64,000 nt of DNA from Toensbergia leucococca (taxonomy: Eukaryota). The notes under the pieces are model-generated. The model did not search any database and was not told the origin of the DNA. It saw only the letters and a program-made list of their open reading frames with translations. A program made the position numbers and the translations under genes. The stretch spans positions 1 through 64,000 of the forward strand of contig JALDZS010000006.1 in the NCBI GenBank assembly GCA_022813965.1, read 5' to 3'. Positions within the stretch are counted from its first letter, which is position 1. Each line of letters opens with the position of its first letter. This document shows, one piece after another, positions 47,518-59,327 of this stretch.

Positions 47518-49580
47518 TCACCCCTCCAATCCCCCCGCAACAGCCGCCCCCACCGCCCCCGCAACCCCGGAAAAGAAAACCCCCTTCAAAACACTCTCCC
47601 CCTCCTCAACCCCCCACTCTCCAACCTCCACCAAGCGCCTCTTCCACCGCTCCCGCTCCTCCAACCCCAATTCCTCCCACCGCCTCGGTCCTCCCTCCGC
47701 AACAGCAACCCCATCATGCCGCACCTCGGCCGAGAGCTCGGTGCCGGAATCGCTGACGATGATGTCTTTGCGCTCCGATGACTGCCGTAGATCCGGGTCG
47801 TCGTGCTTGTGGCTGTGATGATATTTGTGCAGAAGATCTCTTAAGCCGACTTTCCCAGCCGTAGCGACAACAGCGTCATTCATACGCCCCTGAACTTCGC
47901 CTCTCGCGCGCGCCACGTCTTCCAAGCCTGGCACTCGCGGCAGCGGCACAATCTCCAATTCTGGTGCCTGCGGCAGCGCCACCTCAGGCACAGAAGCGTT
48001 CTCGAACATGTACGGCCGGGCCATGAACTCGTGGATGGGCTTGCTCAGCCACTTTTTCGCGCCGAGGTATTCGGGGACGCCGCCGCGGATTTCGGTGAAG
48101 GCTTGGAGGAGGAAGGCGCCGAGGGCGAGGGTAAGGGATGCAACTAGGAGGGAGAAGGGGAGGTCAGTGCGGGAGGAGGGAGAGGTAAGGGTGTAGCGTT
48201 TGGGTGGTTTTGAGTGGCCAGAGAGATAGAGGGGAAGGGTGTGGATGTGAAGGGTTGAGGACAGGGAGGTGGAGGCCAGTTTAAGGTATTGGGGGAGCGG
48301 GGTGGTGGTGGATGAGGGGTGGCGGAAAGTAGAGAATGCCAAGGAGGTGATTTGGAGGGGATGTATATTTTGGAGGCGGGCATGAAGTCGAAAAGTTGGG
48401 TTGGGGCTTGGGAGGTCAAGAGTCAGGAGAGTAATGGAGGTGTCTTGGCCGGCGATGGCGACGACGTGCTGAGTTGGTAGCAAGGGACTTGCGGGGGAGA
48501 TAAGGGCAACGGAGAGGGCGGTGGCTGATTTGATGGATTTGTGAAGGCGTTTGAGGAGGGTAACTGTGCCGGCAGGGGGTGAAGAGGTGAGTTCTAGGAG
48601 GAGGACCTGGACGCCGGAGCGGTTTGGAGCGTTTTGGAGGAGAAGGAGGCGGGAGGGTGTTAGGAAGCGGAGGGAGCGGAAGGTCGGGCGAGATTTGGTC
48701 TTACTGAAAGTGTCGGGGTGGGGTGTGCCGTAAAGCAAGCGGGGTCCTAACGGGAGAGAGTCTTTGTCGGCGGGAATGGTGTAGAGGTAGACTTCAAAGT
48801 CTGTGCAATACGCAACCTGATGTGCTCTGTCACCGCCGTCGATGATATCTACGTCAGCAGCTTCTTCCCCTTTGCCAAGCTGTATACGACCACGGACGTC
48901 GCTTTTTCCTGGACAGACTGCATTTGCGTCGAATATCACGACTTCTCCTTCCGGAGCGAGTCCTGTAGCTATTGCCCCGAGTCTGCTTCCTCCATCTTTC
49001 TGTACAGGCGACAGTCTCAGGACTCTTTGGTACGTCTCTTTCTTGATTCCCGAAGAAGGCGTGAACAACGAAACCCTTCCTACTGCTTTTGTTTCGGGCT
49101 TTGGTTCGGGCTCGTGCTCGTTTTCTCTCCGTTGATCCTGTGCAAGCTCCGAGCCTGAGCTTTCGGCTGGAGGGATTCTTATTGTAGGATATCCAACGCT
49201 AAAGGAGCGTAGATGTTCATTCTTCCCGGCCTTCTGATCTGCACTCGAAGAATTTATACCAGCGTAAACGGATGCTGAAGAGTCGGATGACTGTGCAATA
49301 GCCAAGGTGGTAACGGAGTCTTCCTCTGTAGTAAGCTCAATATCGACGACTTGTGATATCTTGTGTTTTCGGGCGGTATCTACCAATGTCTGGACAATAG
49401 ATGGGGTGAGTATGATTTTATCGGCGAGGTAGAAGTACTCACGATTCGATTTGGGACGCCAGAACGACTTTCGCCGCCGCCTCCACCAACAACGAGAAAG
49501 CCATTGTTGTTCGGATCAAAGTCAGAGGCATATATGGGATAATTCAATACCAAGTGAGCATCGGCTACAGCGGGAGCCAT
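47518..49580 (-). CDS. SEC12: Sec12-like Sar1 guanine nucleotide exchange factor (beta-propeller plus C-terminal TM), 2 exons
   Basis: N-terminal YPIYASDF....LVVGGGGGESRSGVPNRI (K-loop motif), NEHLRSF, YQRVLRLS and a TM segment near the C-terminus. Intron 49442-49390. Confidence 0.85.
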
Positions 49581-49807
49581 GGCGGTACGAGAACCAAAAG
49601 CTGGAGAGACGGCTTCGTATCAAGTATTTGGAATTGGACGTCTCGGTATTCGTACGGATGAACGTATCTAAACCTCACTTATCCCTATTCAGGCCATCAA
49701 TATAGTGTATTAATGCGCAATATGTTTTAATTAAGGTATATCAGGATTGCTCAATTGATGCTGGCATGAATGCCTCGATATTTTCCACTACGAGAACGTT
49801 TTGATTT

Positions 49808-49851
49808 TCATGCAAGCTATCATGGCCTCTCATGCAACCTATCATGGCCTC
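49808..49851. repeat. 22-bp direct repeat x2
   Basis: TCATGCAA(G/C)CTATCATGGCCTC in tandem. Confidence 0.85.
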
Positions 49852-50018
49852 TGTTGAGCAGCCATGTCGTGGGTCTACCTTAATACTCAAGATTGGTCTT
49901 CTCAGATGACTACAGGTCTTGCTGATGAAGTGTAGCGTTCAAAGCCTCATCGAAAGTACCACTCCATTAGCTGGTCATCAACAACACTCACTCATTTACA
50001 AATAGCAAATACTTGGAT

Positions 50019-51090
50019 CTATGCGCCGCCCAACAGCTTCCTTGCAACGACGAAGTGGCAAGGGACGAAAGCACGAATGTCTGGCCTCATGACTTCATCT
50101 CGTACTTTCTCACAAAGATCTCTTGCCCGTTCTACCGTCCAAGCTAAGTATCTTGTCAAAAGCCTCAGACTAGTCGCCTCCAGGCCCTCCAATGTGGATA
50201 TCAGGGCCATTTTCCCTACCGCCTTCTTCTGCGCATCCGATGACCAAGTACCTAGAGGAACTTCCATGACCTTGGTTTTCATAATTCGGAAGCCAGCTCT
50301 TTCTAGTAAGCTTTTCTTCATATGCTCCAGGCCATGCAAAATCCCAGCGTTCTTGGCAGCTAATGCACAAGCTCTGTTGAAAACGCCAACGTATGAATCT
50401 GGTGATTGTGCAGTCACATGGATGCTACCAAAATCTGTAATTTCAAGAAAGCCCCCAGGTCGAAGATGCTTATATGCTCCGGCGTAGATGGTATTCCAAT
50501 TTGTGAAAGCTCCGCCAAGCCCGCGCATGTGGATGAAGTCAAAGGCATCTGTATAGGTCCACTCTTCCTGTGCGTCGTCCACCTGAAAAAATACGTTAGG
50601 CGGCACATCGATTGGTTGAAAGGCGCTGATATCCGTAGCTAAGATCTTGGCGTTAGGGTACCGCTCGCCCATTGCGACAGCCCAATCCCCAGTTCCTGTG
50701 CCGACGTCAAGTATTCGTTCCACGTCTCGCGGAATGCGGGCCACAGTGAGCTCGCCGACTAGAATAAGTAGAAAGGCCTGATGTGCAATTGCGAGACGGG
50801 TCTGTTCGGCTTCGTCATTCGGCAGGTTATAGCTGTCGTTGCTGTAGCTACGCCCGTTCTCATAGCATTCCTGAAGGACCACTCCGGAGAGAGACTTGGT
50901 TGAGACACTGATAGGATTAGCTTGATTCCAGCAGTTCGGCTTCTCTTCAACCTCACAGAGACAGTTCTGAGCCTGAAGACGGGCTGGAATCTATCAAGAC
51001 TTTGCTATTTTCCGGACTTTGTGCCTCAGTGTTGTCGTTGATCTTCACCAATGCTTTTCCTCTCTCGTCTGGCTGAATGACTTCGGCCAT
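50019..51090 (-). CDS. Class I SAM-dependent methyltransferase (LaeA-like/Methyltransf_23 family), 2 exons, ~340 aa
   Basis: ENGRSY...YNLPNDEAEQTRL, ILDVGTGTGDWA, TDISAFQP, FDFIHMR and LRPGGFLE. Intron 50956-50908. Confidence 0.88.
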
Positions 51091-51955
51091 GTAAACTTGA
51101 AAATGGCCGTAAGGCGAGAATGACAGATCTGTAAAGAAGAACTATAGAGTAACGAAAAGACACAAATTCTGGATTGGCGTTGGGAAAGACCTTCTCAACA
51201 GAAGTATAATCGAGTATCCTGAGAGGATATATTGAATACAAGTAAAGAGCGAGACGGTAGCGAAAAGCCCCAAGTAGAGAAGTTTTACTTATTGTAAAAA
51301 GAGAGCAATGAAATGAAGGGAACAAATCACAGGGCAGGAAAAAGATGAGACATGTCGAAATGGATCCAGGAACAGGTCTTATTCTACATTGCGGGTGATC
51401 TCAACCAGGCCGCGGGCTGAGGTTACGGGACATTGTTTTCCGCGACCATGGTTGACTATCTTATGCATCTTATGCACGTATAGCCGTGGTGGGAAGGACC
51501 GTGTGCAGTAGCTTGGTAACCTCGAACATGGCGCTTGGGAAGCATGGTCTACGATGCTCCGAACCAGGATGCTATTTGGGTTTGTACATGTCGTGGGGGT
51601 GCAAAGGCAAAGGAGTCGCCTTGTTCTGGAAGAAGAGAGAAATAGATGGGTCAGGTCGGTACGTAAGTTTGGCACTGTGGTCTGTGGGTTTCATGACGTC
51701 GGAGCGCGCTTGTTTCAAAACATCACGATCCACGATCCACGATTGCAATTGTTGGAATTCTTACCACCAGTCCTTTTGTGCCTTTTGCCTTTTGTCCCAC
51801 TCGAACAAGCCCATACCCCAAGAATACCAGGCGCATGGCCTGGGTATGCATTGCTACCCCTCGCCCGCAAATGGCGTCCCCCCTGCATAATTAGCTACCG
51901 TACGCCTCTCTCTTCTCTCTGATCGGCTGCGTAAAGCCAGGTACTGTACCTTAAG

Positions 51956-52012
51956 GCAAAGGTATAAACCATCATCGTCCAATAACGCAAAGGTATAAAT
52001 CATCAGCGTCCA
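51956..52012. repeat. 26-bp direct repeat x2 downstream of GRS1
   Basis: GCAAAGGTATAAA(C/T)CATCA(T/G)CGTCCA at 51956 and 51987. Confidence 0.8.
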
Positions 52013-52065
52013 TTCAAATGGCACCATTTGTCCTCCTGTTTCATCTCTTTCCCATTACCAGAATA

Positions 52066-54227
52066 TCAGTCAGCCTCCTGCTGTGTGAATTCGGGAAGTT
52101 CCTTTTGCACTTCCGCCCATGTCTTTTGCCCTTCTACGATGCTTTTAATAGCTGCGCATATCGTATCCTCGTCGGATCGTACCTGTTTTGTCGTGTCTCG
52201 GTCACGGAGCGTATATGTGTTGTCTTTGACCGATTGAAAATCCACCGTGATACCCAACGGTGTACCAAGCTCATCGTTTCTCGAATAGCGCTTACCGATG
52301 CTTGCAGATGAGTCATCCACTCGACTGGATATGCCCAGTTGGCGGAGCTTGTACCCAATTTGCCGTATCAATGGTTGCAGGTCGGCATGCCCACCAGAAA
52401 GAGGAACAAGGAGAACTTTGGTTGGTGCAACTGGTGGAGGGAATGAAAGTACCTGCTCCGCTGCTTAGTTTTGGCAATCAGTAATATCCATGGAGAATGA
52501 CTTACGCCTCGAGTTTCGGCGCCAGGTCGAGACCAGTAGACATGCTCCATCAAGCTATACAGTATCCTACCAATACCGAACGCAGGCTCGATGACGTTCG
52601 GCGTGTATTCTCTTGTATGCTCCACTCTGATACGCTTCTCAATGGTGATAAGCTGCTTATCGATTTCCACCTTACCATCACCGACTCCAGGAACTTCGAT
52701 CTCTATCTTCCCGTTGTTCTTAAGCTCTACCGATAGCTTGTCGCGAAGCTCTTGAGATAGTGCATCTATTGCGGCTTCCACAGTCTTGCCGTCCTTCTTG
52801 TACTTGGGTCCAAACTTCTTCCTATCTATTTCGATCTGCCACTCTTCGATCCTCAACGGCTCGCTCCGCGCTTCTCTTACGCATAAAGGTGCACCAGTTT
52901 TCTTTGCATGAACAGTAAGGTCATAGGCACTTCGATCTGCATGACCCACACACTCGATCCAGCCATAGCTTGTAAACAGCTCAGCGTCCCAGCAGTCAGC
53001 AGCATAATGTGCCATTTCATTCGCCATGTGTTGTCGGAAGCGGACTTTATCTTGATCTATACCTATTCTCTTCAAGAACAAGTGAGTCCTGGCAAGGAAA
53101 TAGCCTAAGGTTTCATTTGCAATCAAACCACTCGCAACTGCTCTACCCACGGATAATTTCTCAACGTCTGTGCGACCTTGCAGTTGTATATCACGATTCA
53201 ATAGCACGAGCTCCACATCTTGGACCTCGCTAAATCGAGGATGCTTCTTGCCTCCCATGGGGTCCACGTAATGCTCGATTTCCGCCATTAGGAACTCCCT
53301 GACTCGGAGTAGACCAGATCGTGGCGAGATTTCGTTACGGAAAGATTTGCCAATACAGGCGGAAGCAAAGGGCATGGCTTGCTGGTTGAAGTCAAGTAGC
53401 TTTTGAAAAGTAAGGAATTGGCCTTGAGCAGTCTCCGGTCGAAGATATCCGGCGAGGCCACCACTAGGACCAATAGAAGTTTGGAACATGAGATTGAAAG
53501 CAACTGGAGGTAGAAGATCGCCGCCTGTACTGGGATTTTTGATTTCGTATTTTGTAATCAGCAGGCCAAGCTCGGCTCCGTTATAGTTGTCAATCTTAGC
53601 GAGGACTTCTTCGTATTCTTTAACAACAGAGTCCGTTAGCTTGACTGCTTTGGTCTCCTTGACCTTTTTCTTCCTCTGGGCGTCCTTTAACTCATCCACT
53701 TCAACTTTCTGACCCCTAGCTTCCTTATCGCCTTTCAGGCGTGACTCTAAGACTTCTTCCACCAAATGATCCGCCCTAAAGATTTCCCCATTCTTCGGGT
53801 CTTTACACATCCAATCGGCAAACTTATCCACGTGACCACTTGTTTTAAGCACCTCATGCGGTGTAAGCATTGTACAGTCAACTTCTAGCATGTCCTCCTC
53901 TAAGACAAAGTGCTTCCGCCATATGTCGACGATGTTTGCTTGTAGGGAACAGCCAGGTGGGCCGTAGTCGTAAAGGCCAGAAACGCCGCCATAGACTTCG
54001 AAGGCGGGAGTATAGAACAAGCGACGGCGAAGGAGGGAATCAAGAGAAGGGCGGTCCAATGGTTGACCAGTCATGGTGGTGGAGGTAGCCATTTCGGCGG
54101 ATGAATTATTGATTTGATACTTGCGGTAGCAGTTTGTAACGGAAATTCGTCTGAGACTTAGGAATGAAAGAATGACTCGAGCCTTATATGCACTAGGAGG
54201 GCGTACCAGACCGCACAAATTGTTCAT
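52066..54227 (-). CDS. GRS1: Glycyl-tRNA synthetase (eukaryotic alpha2 type), 2 exons; second in-frame ATG at 54092
   Basis: GLYDYGPPG, YLRPETAQGQF, GKSFRNEISPRSGLLRVREF, WIECVG.ADRS, VIEPAFGIGRI and anticodon domain SIGKRYSRNDELG. Intron 52505-52453. Confidence 0.97.
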
Positions 54228-54459
54228 CAAGGTTGTACAAGAAGAAGAGTGTATGACTCGTAAAATTTACACAATTAAGGTAACTGGAGCTCAAGCTTTG
54301 ATGCAAGGGTCTCAGCCCTAGCCGTACCCGCTAAAGGTTTTCCTCATCTTCAGCCATCCGATCCTCACGATAACAATTTGGGCCGAGACTTCCAAATTAG
54401 TCATTGCTACTCCGTACCGAGTAAGGCAGTAACAGTTTGAAAGTTCAATCATACGTATA

Positions 54460-55698
54460 ATGGCACCAAAACAGCATCATCTTTCGACCTCAACCTTGCA
54501 CTCGTTCAAGACCGCAAACAAAGACAAGCGTCAAAAGTTATTTGTTAAGCAAAAAAAGGCCCGAGATAATCTTAAGCGTGATGAGCGTTTCCGCAGAAGG
54601 AGGGAAGAGGACAAAGACCCCGGCCTGCGAGAAGAGAGGGTGAAGAAAAATATTCCTCTGACGTTGGAGAGGAAGAGAGTATGGGATGAGGTCGATAGGG
54701 ATACTGGTGACGGACTCGGCGTGAGCGTCGATGTGGAGCGTCTTAAACATCAGAAAGTGAAGGAGGCTCGTGCGATTGAGGTAGAAGATGGAGGTGAAGA
54801 CTCAGAGGAAGATAAGGACAGTATGATTGACTCAGCGAGCGATCTTGATGAAGAGGTTGAAGCAAAGCCCCAAAAGCCATCGAAAACAAGGAGCGCAACG
54901 GAACGAGCAACAAGTCCCACGCAATCGACAACCAGCACAAATTTAGATCTCACACCTGAAGCTTTGGCCGCTAGGTTCCCCACCTTGTTTTCAACTGACG
55001 CCCCGCCCACACCGAAGATTCTAGTCACAACCTCACTAAATTCAACTCTGCACCACGAAGCTCAACTCCTCACAGCTCTCTTTCCCCACAGCGTCTACAT
55101 CCCCCGCTCCTCTCACCGCTATGGCCACAAATTCTCCGTACGGGAAATCTCATACTTTGCCTCAAACCGAAACTACACATCCGTGATCGTACTTAAAGAA
55201 GACCAGAAGAAGCCCACCGGCCTGACCTTTGTGCATCTGCCTTGCGGACCCACATTTCACTTCTCTGTCAGCAACTGGATCGAAGGCAAAAAGTTGCCAG
55301 GACATGGAAACCCCACAGACCACACCCCAGAACTAATACTCAATAACTTCCGCACACCACTCGGTCTCCTAACAGCTCACCTCTTCCGCACAATATTTCC
55401 TTCACAGCCAGAATTACAAGGCCGGCAGGTGGTGACGCTACATAACCAGCGCGACTACATCTTTCTGCGACGGCACCGATACATTTTTCGGGAAAAGCGA
55501 GCGACGGAAAAGAACGTCATTGGTCCGGACGGAAAGGAAGTCAAGGGTGCCGAAGGGATACGAGCCGGGCTACAGGAGCTGGGCCCACGGTTCACATTGA
55601 AGCTGAGACGGATAGATAAAGGGATTCAGCGGGGCAGTGGGCAAGAGTGGGAATGGCAGGGGGCGATGGAGAAGCAGCGTAGCAAGTTTCAGCTCTAG
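54460..55698 (+). CDS. RPF1: Brix-domain ribosome biogenesis protein Rpf1
   Basis: PKILVTTS, HLPCGPTFHF, PELILNNFRTPLG, GRQVVTLHNQRDYIFLRRHRY and LQELGPRFTLKL. Confidence 0.92.
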   Translation: MAPKQHHLSTSTLHSFKTANKDKRQKLFVKQKKARDNLKRDERFRRRREEDKDPGLREERVKKNIPLTLERKRVWDEVDRDTGDGLGVSVDVERLKHQKVKEARAIEVEDGGEDSEEDKDSMIDSASDLDEEVEAKPQKPSKTRSATERATSPTQSTTSTNLDLTPEALAARFPTLFSTDAPPTPKILVTTSLNSTLHHEAQLLTALFPHSVYIPRSSHRYGHKFSVREISYFASNRNYTSVIVLKEDQKKPTGLTFVHLPCGPTFHFSVSNWIEGKKLPGHGNPTDHTPELILNNFRTPLGLLTAHLFRTIFPSQPELQGRQVVTLHNQRDYIFLRRHRYIFREKRATEKNVIGPDGKEVKGAEGIRAGLQELGPRFTLKLRRIDKGIQRGSGQEWEWQGAMEKQRSKFQL

Positions 55699-55951
55699 AT
55701 ACCGAATACCCACTGTTGAATTCTCTTGCCTCTTCGGACAATGTGATCAACGAATCCACATGGAGATGAGCAAGTCCAGTATCCCCATGATACATATTGT
55801 ACAATCCCCCTCCGCACCACGGCAACCGAATACAACCATTGGAGGCTTACAAAATAACAGCGTTCAATGCTCCCAAAATTATATGCGTAACCCAACGCTC
55901 CTCTGCGCCACCATCGAAAATACACTCCCCTCGAGTCACCCTCAAGGACAT

Positions 55952-56579
55952 TCAAGCCCCACCCTCAGCCGAGTGCATTATCTCCTCCTCGCCCCTAGTC
56001 ATCTCCTCCTCGCCCCTACTCTCTCCTCTTCTCTCAAGCACCTCAAGCCTCTCTGCAACCACGCAAAGAACAGGTAAGCTTCCCGTGTCCAACCGCAGCC
56101 GGCAAATCCGACACGCAAAAGGAAAGCAAGAAAAGAGATCAAGAGCTAAAACTCACGCTGCACAATATTCAACGACGACTCCACTTTCCCCTCCTTCTCA
56201 AAAGTCCTCATACTAGCCTGCCCCTCCAGATAAAGCAATGATCTACAACCACGCCCCCAGAATTAGCCCCTGCCCCATAATCCCCTCTCTCCAATTACCA
56301 GACTCACCCCTTCCCCAAACCAAGCAAACGATCCCTCCCCCCTTCGCCAAATTGGACCACGCGCCACCAGCTCGTTTGCCTATCGTTGGGGGGGCCGTGA
56401 CTAGTCGCGACACGGTAGCGGACCAAATCTTGGCCAGTAGAGGTGGCCATAAGTTCTGGTTCGGCGCCGAGGCGGCCAACGATGGTGATTTTGGCGACTT
56501 GGGATCGGGGGGTGGTGGTGAAGGTTCTGTGGAGAGAGTGCGAAAGGAGGCGGATGGGGCGGAGGAGGAGGGGGGGCAT
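55952..56579 (-). CDS. RIM1: Mitochondrial single-stranded DNA-binding protein, 3 exons
   Basis: Presequence-like N-terminus, AKITIVGRLGAEPE, YRVAT..G...TSWWRV, spliced LGKG-SLLYLEG and SLNIVQ-RLEVL; stop at 55954-55952. Confidence 0.85.
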
Positions 56580-57131
56580 GTTTGATTGGGAGGGGCTTGA
56601 GGTCTTCGATTGGGTGGAGATGGAAGGGAATTCGGTAGGCGGTGGTTTCGGAGTTAGATCTTTGCGCGGAGTGATGGGCTAGGTTTGAGAAATCGAGGCC
56701 AGAGGCCGAGGGTCGCGATTTACCTTGGCTGACTAGAAGCACTAGGCTCGATATAGTAGTGATCAACAAGCCTGTTTTCCGCGACCTCAAACTTACCTCA
56801 GGAGTCGAGCAAACTCTTTCTTCTTTACCGCACAATTTGAAATTTGCCAAATTGCTATCAGTCTTTCTAAGGTGAAGGGCCAATTGATCAGTACAGTCTC
56901 ATGCTTCCCTAGGCACTCTTGTAATTTTATCATGTGATTTACCTTTTGGTGACTCGGTTCTGCTCGGCATCTTGGTAAGCTTATAAAAATTCATCCATTT
57001 CCTTATTTCTACCTGTGTGTAGTATATAGACCCGCTAGTGCATACACCTGCTGTGAAATACTACTCATTTCTCATCGGTCTAAAATATCTACTCCATTTC
57101 AATTGAACCTCAGGCTCTCTTTGAATCGAAC

Positions 57132-57833
57132 ATGGCCGACCAGCCCAGCAAAAAGATTTTCCCTCTCTTAAGTCTGCCAATCGAGCTCCGTTACATCATC
57201 TACAAGGACCTACGAGTCGTCCCATTCTTTCAGTGTACTGTCGAAAAAGATATGCTCTTTGCACTTCAACGAACTTGCCATCAAATCCGAGCAGAGACCC
57301 GCCCGTTTCTTTTCAGCGAAGCTACATTCCATCTCAAGCTCGAGGACCTGTTGAGTGAAAAAGAAATTATTGAGTGGGTCGATGGAGCCGGAGATGAACT
57401 CTTGTCAAGAGTAAAGAAATTCGAAATCTCCACTCCACTTGTTGGGGCGTTCTTTGGCGATAGAGTCATGCTTGTCAAACAACACCTAATTGCAGTTGAC
57501 TGTCCAGGCAAACCACACGGGCCTACAATTAGTTCTACTCAGACGCACCCCATGACCATGGTGATGCGGGCTAATTTCCCTCTTTGGGCCTTTGTGGCGT
57601 TTGAGGACAAGGAGACAGAGGTATTTGTATCGGCTATACTCGCCAAGCTAGAGAGACGAGAATTGTCTGATCGCTTCAGTGTTAAGGACGTCAAGGCACT
57701 TTTACGTGCCATTAGCAGTCGTACAGATTTCTCCCTTACGGGCTTCTCCAAGGAGCAACTAAGGAGGGCTTACAAGAAAGGCGCCCGGGATAGAATTGTT
57801 ACGGACTTTGAGTTGAGATGTGTTCAGAAGTAA
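57132..57833 (+). CDS. Hypothetical protein with N-terminal F-box-like motif
   Basis: FPLLSLPIELRYIIY..L and LQRTCHQIRAET..FLF, typical of fungal F-box-like proteins; intact 233-aa ORF. Confidence 0.65.
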   Translation: MADQPSKKIFPLLSLPIELRYIIYKDLRVVPFFQCTVEKDMLFALQRTCHQIRAETRPFLFSEATFHLKLEDLLSEKEIIEWVDGAGDELLSRVKKFEISTPLVGAFFGDRVMLVKQHLIAVDCPGKPHGPTISSTQTHPMTMVMRANFPLWAFVAFEDKETEVFVSAILAKLERRELSDRFSVKDVKALLRAISSRTDFSLTGFSKEQLRRAYKKGARDRIVTDFELRCVQK

Positions 57834-59327
57834 GTACCCATGCAAGCACCTTGTAGTCGTATGGCGAGCCTCGATTTCGCACCAAGATCCTCCTTTGGAG
57901 ATATATGAAAAGTATTTCTTCGTTGACAATGCGCGACATAGCTTACCGTCTGTACTGGGACACCATCTGAACTATAGCGGATTCGACACTAGCAACGGGG
58001 ATATCATTGAGGGTTCAACCTATTGACGACTTCGTGCTTTCCAATTGAGATGCTCCACGTTAGAATCTTCCGGCCGCCGAGATTCTTCTTTCTGCGCCTG
58101 TCATCCTGTAGCCACTGGCACGTCACTAGGTGGAACGCAACAAAAAAGAGCAAGTAGGAATGCAGACCTGATGCGCGAGGAATATGGCAAAAAGGAATGC
58201 TGAGCCCATCCGGCCGTCTGTAAAACCCCAAGGCCATAGAACCTCAAGGCTGTAGAACCTCAAGGTTGACCGAAGAAGAAGAGGCTCTGAAGTGACGAAG
58301 GGTATGTGTAGGATTGCGGATGTTTGGACCTGTACTTGGGAAAGGGGCAAAGAGAATTTTGCGCATTTGGGAGGTTGCTGTGCAAGCAAAGGGTGGGAGA
58401 TGTCCCCCTCTCACATTCTGTTTTGATGTCTGTGCATATCAGAACGTCACTCACATCATCGTGGCAAATGACGAAACGTTACTATTTTTACATTGAATTT
58501 GATGTCTATCGAGGGAGGCATAGTGCGAGTGCTTGCAGATCTCTGTAGATCAACGGGTGATGTATTATAAGACCCAGTCGGTGGCCAATGGATACATGAA
58601 GGTGTGGCAGCACTGCATCATAGCAAACACATGTTCCTCATCTACTTTCAAGATGGGAACATGCAGTGAGGTTGGATCAGACATGTTGGTAGGAAGTTCC
58701 GAGCGGTAGTACAAGACATGAAGCCGGAAGCTTTTGATAGCCGGATGGTACCTAAGATAAGGTATGGAGCTACGATAACGGATAAGGTACGGATACGAAG
58801 GGTCGGAAGCTAAGGATTCGGCTAGGATATCAGGAATATCAGCCAATTGGGACAGTGTAATCTCGATAGGGTGTTTCAAGATGGTCTCAAAGAGGAAAGG
58901 CGGATTCAAACAACCCCCAAAACGGTCCAGGGGCGAAAACAGGTCATCAAAGTCTAAGATGGCGTCTACACAGTCCACGTTTCCCCAGCTTTCGCTGTTT
59001 TGATAGGGCAAATGGTCAACTTTCCCGAAAACCTGTTCTAAATCCTCCTTTGAACACCCTTACTAGACCGTCTCTACCCTGACCCCCCAGTATTCTAGTT
59101 ACTACTCTAGTTCCTCAGGCGTCATTTTCACTCATCCTCTCAACAATGCCTGCATCAGACGCTCTGTTCTCTTCATCTGCTTTTACCTTTTTTGCGAGCG
59201 CAGGTGCATCATGCGCTGTCTTGTCCATCTTTCTCAAGCACGCCTGTTGGAATTGTGCCTGGTCTCTAGACCTTGACAAGCCTTCTAGCTTCCAATTTTC
59301 GGGGCTTCGTCTACGGAAAATGCTAGG

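Noticed and set aside
58565..59011. 148-aa minus-strand ORF
   Set aside because: Begins at TTG, no recognisable motif or splice support; cannot be supported as a gene.
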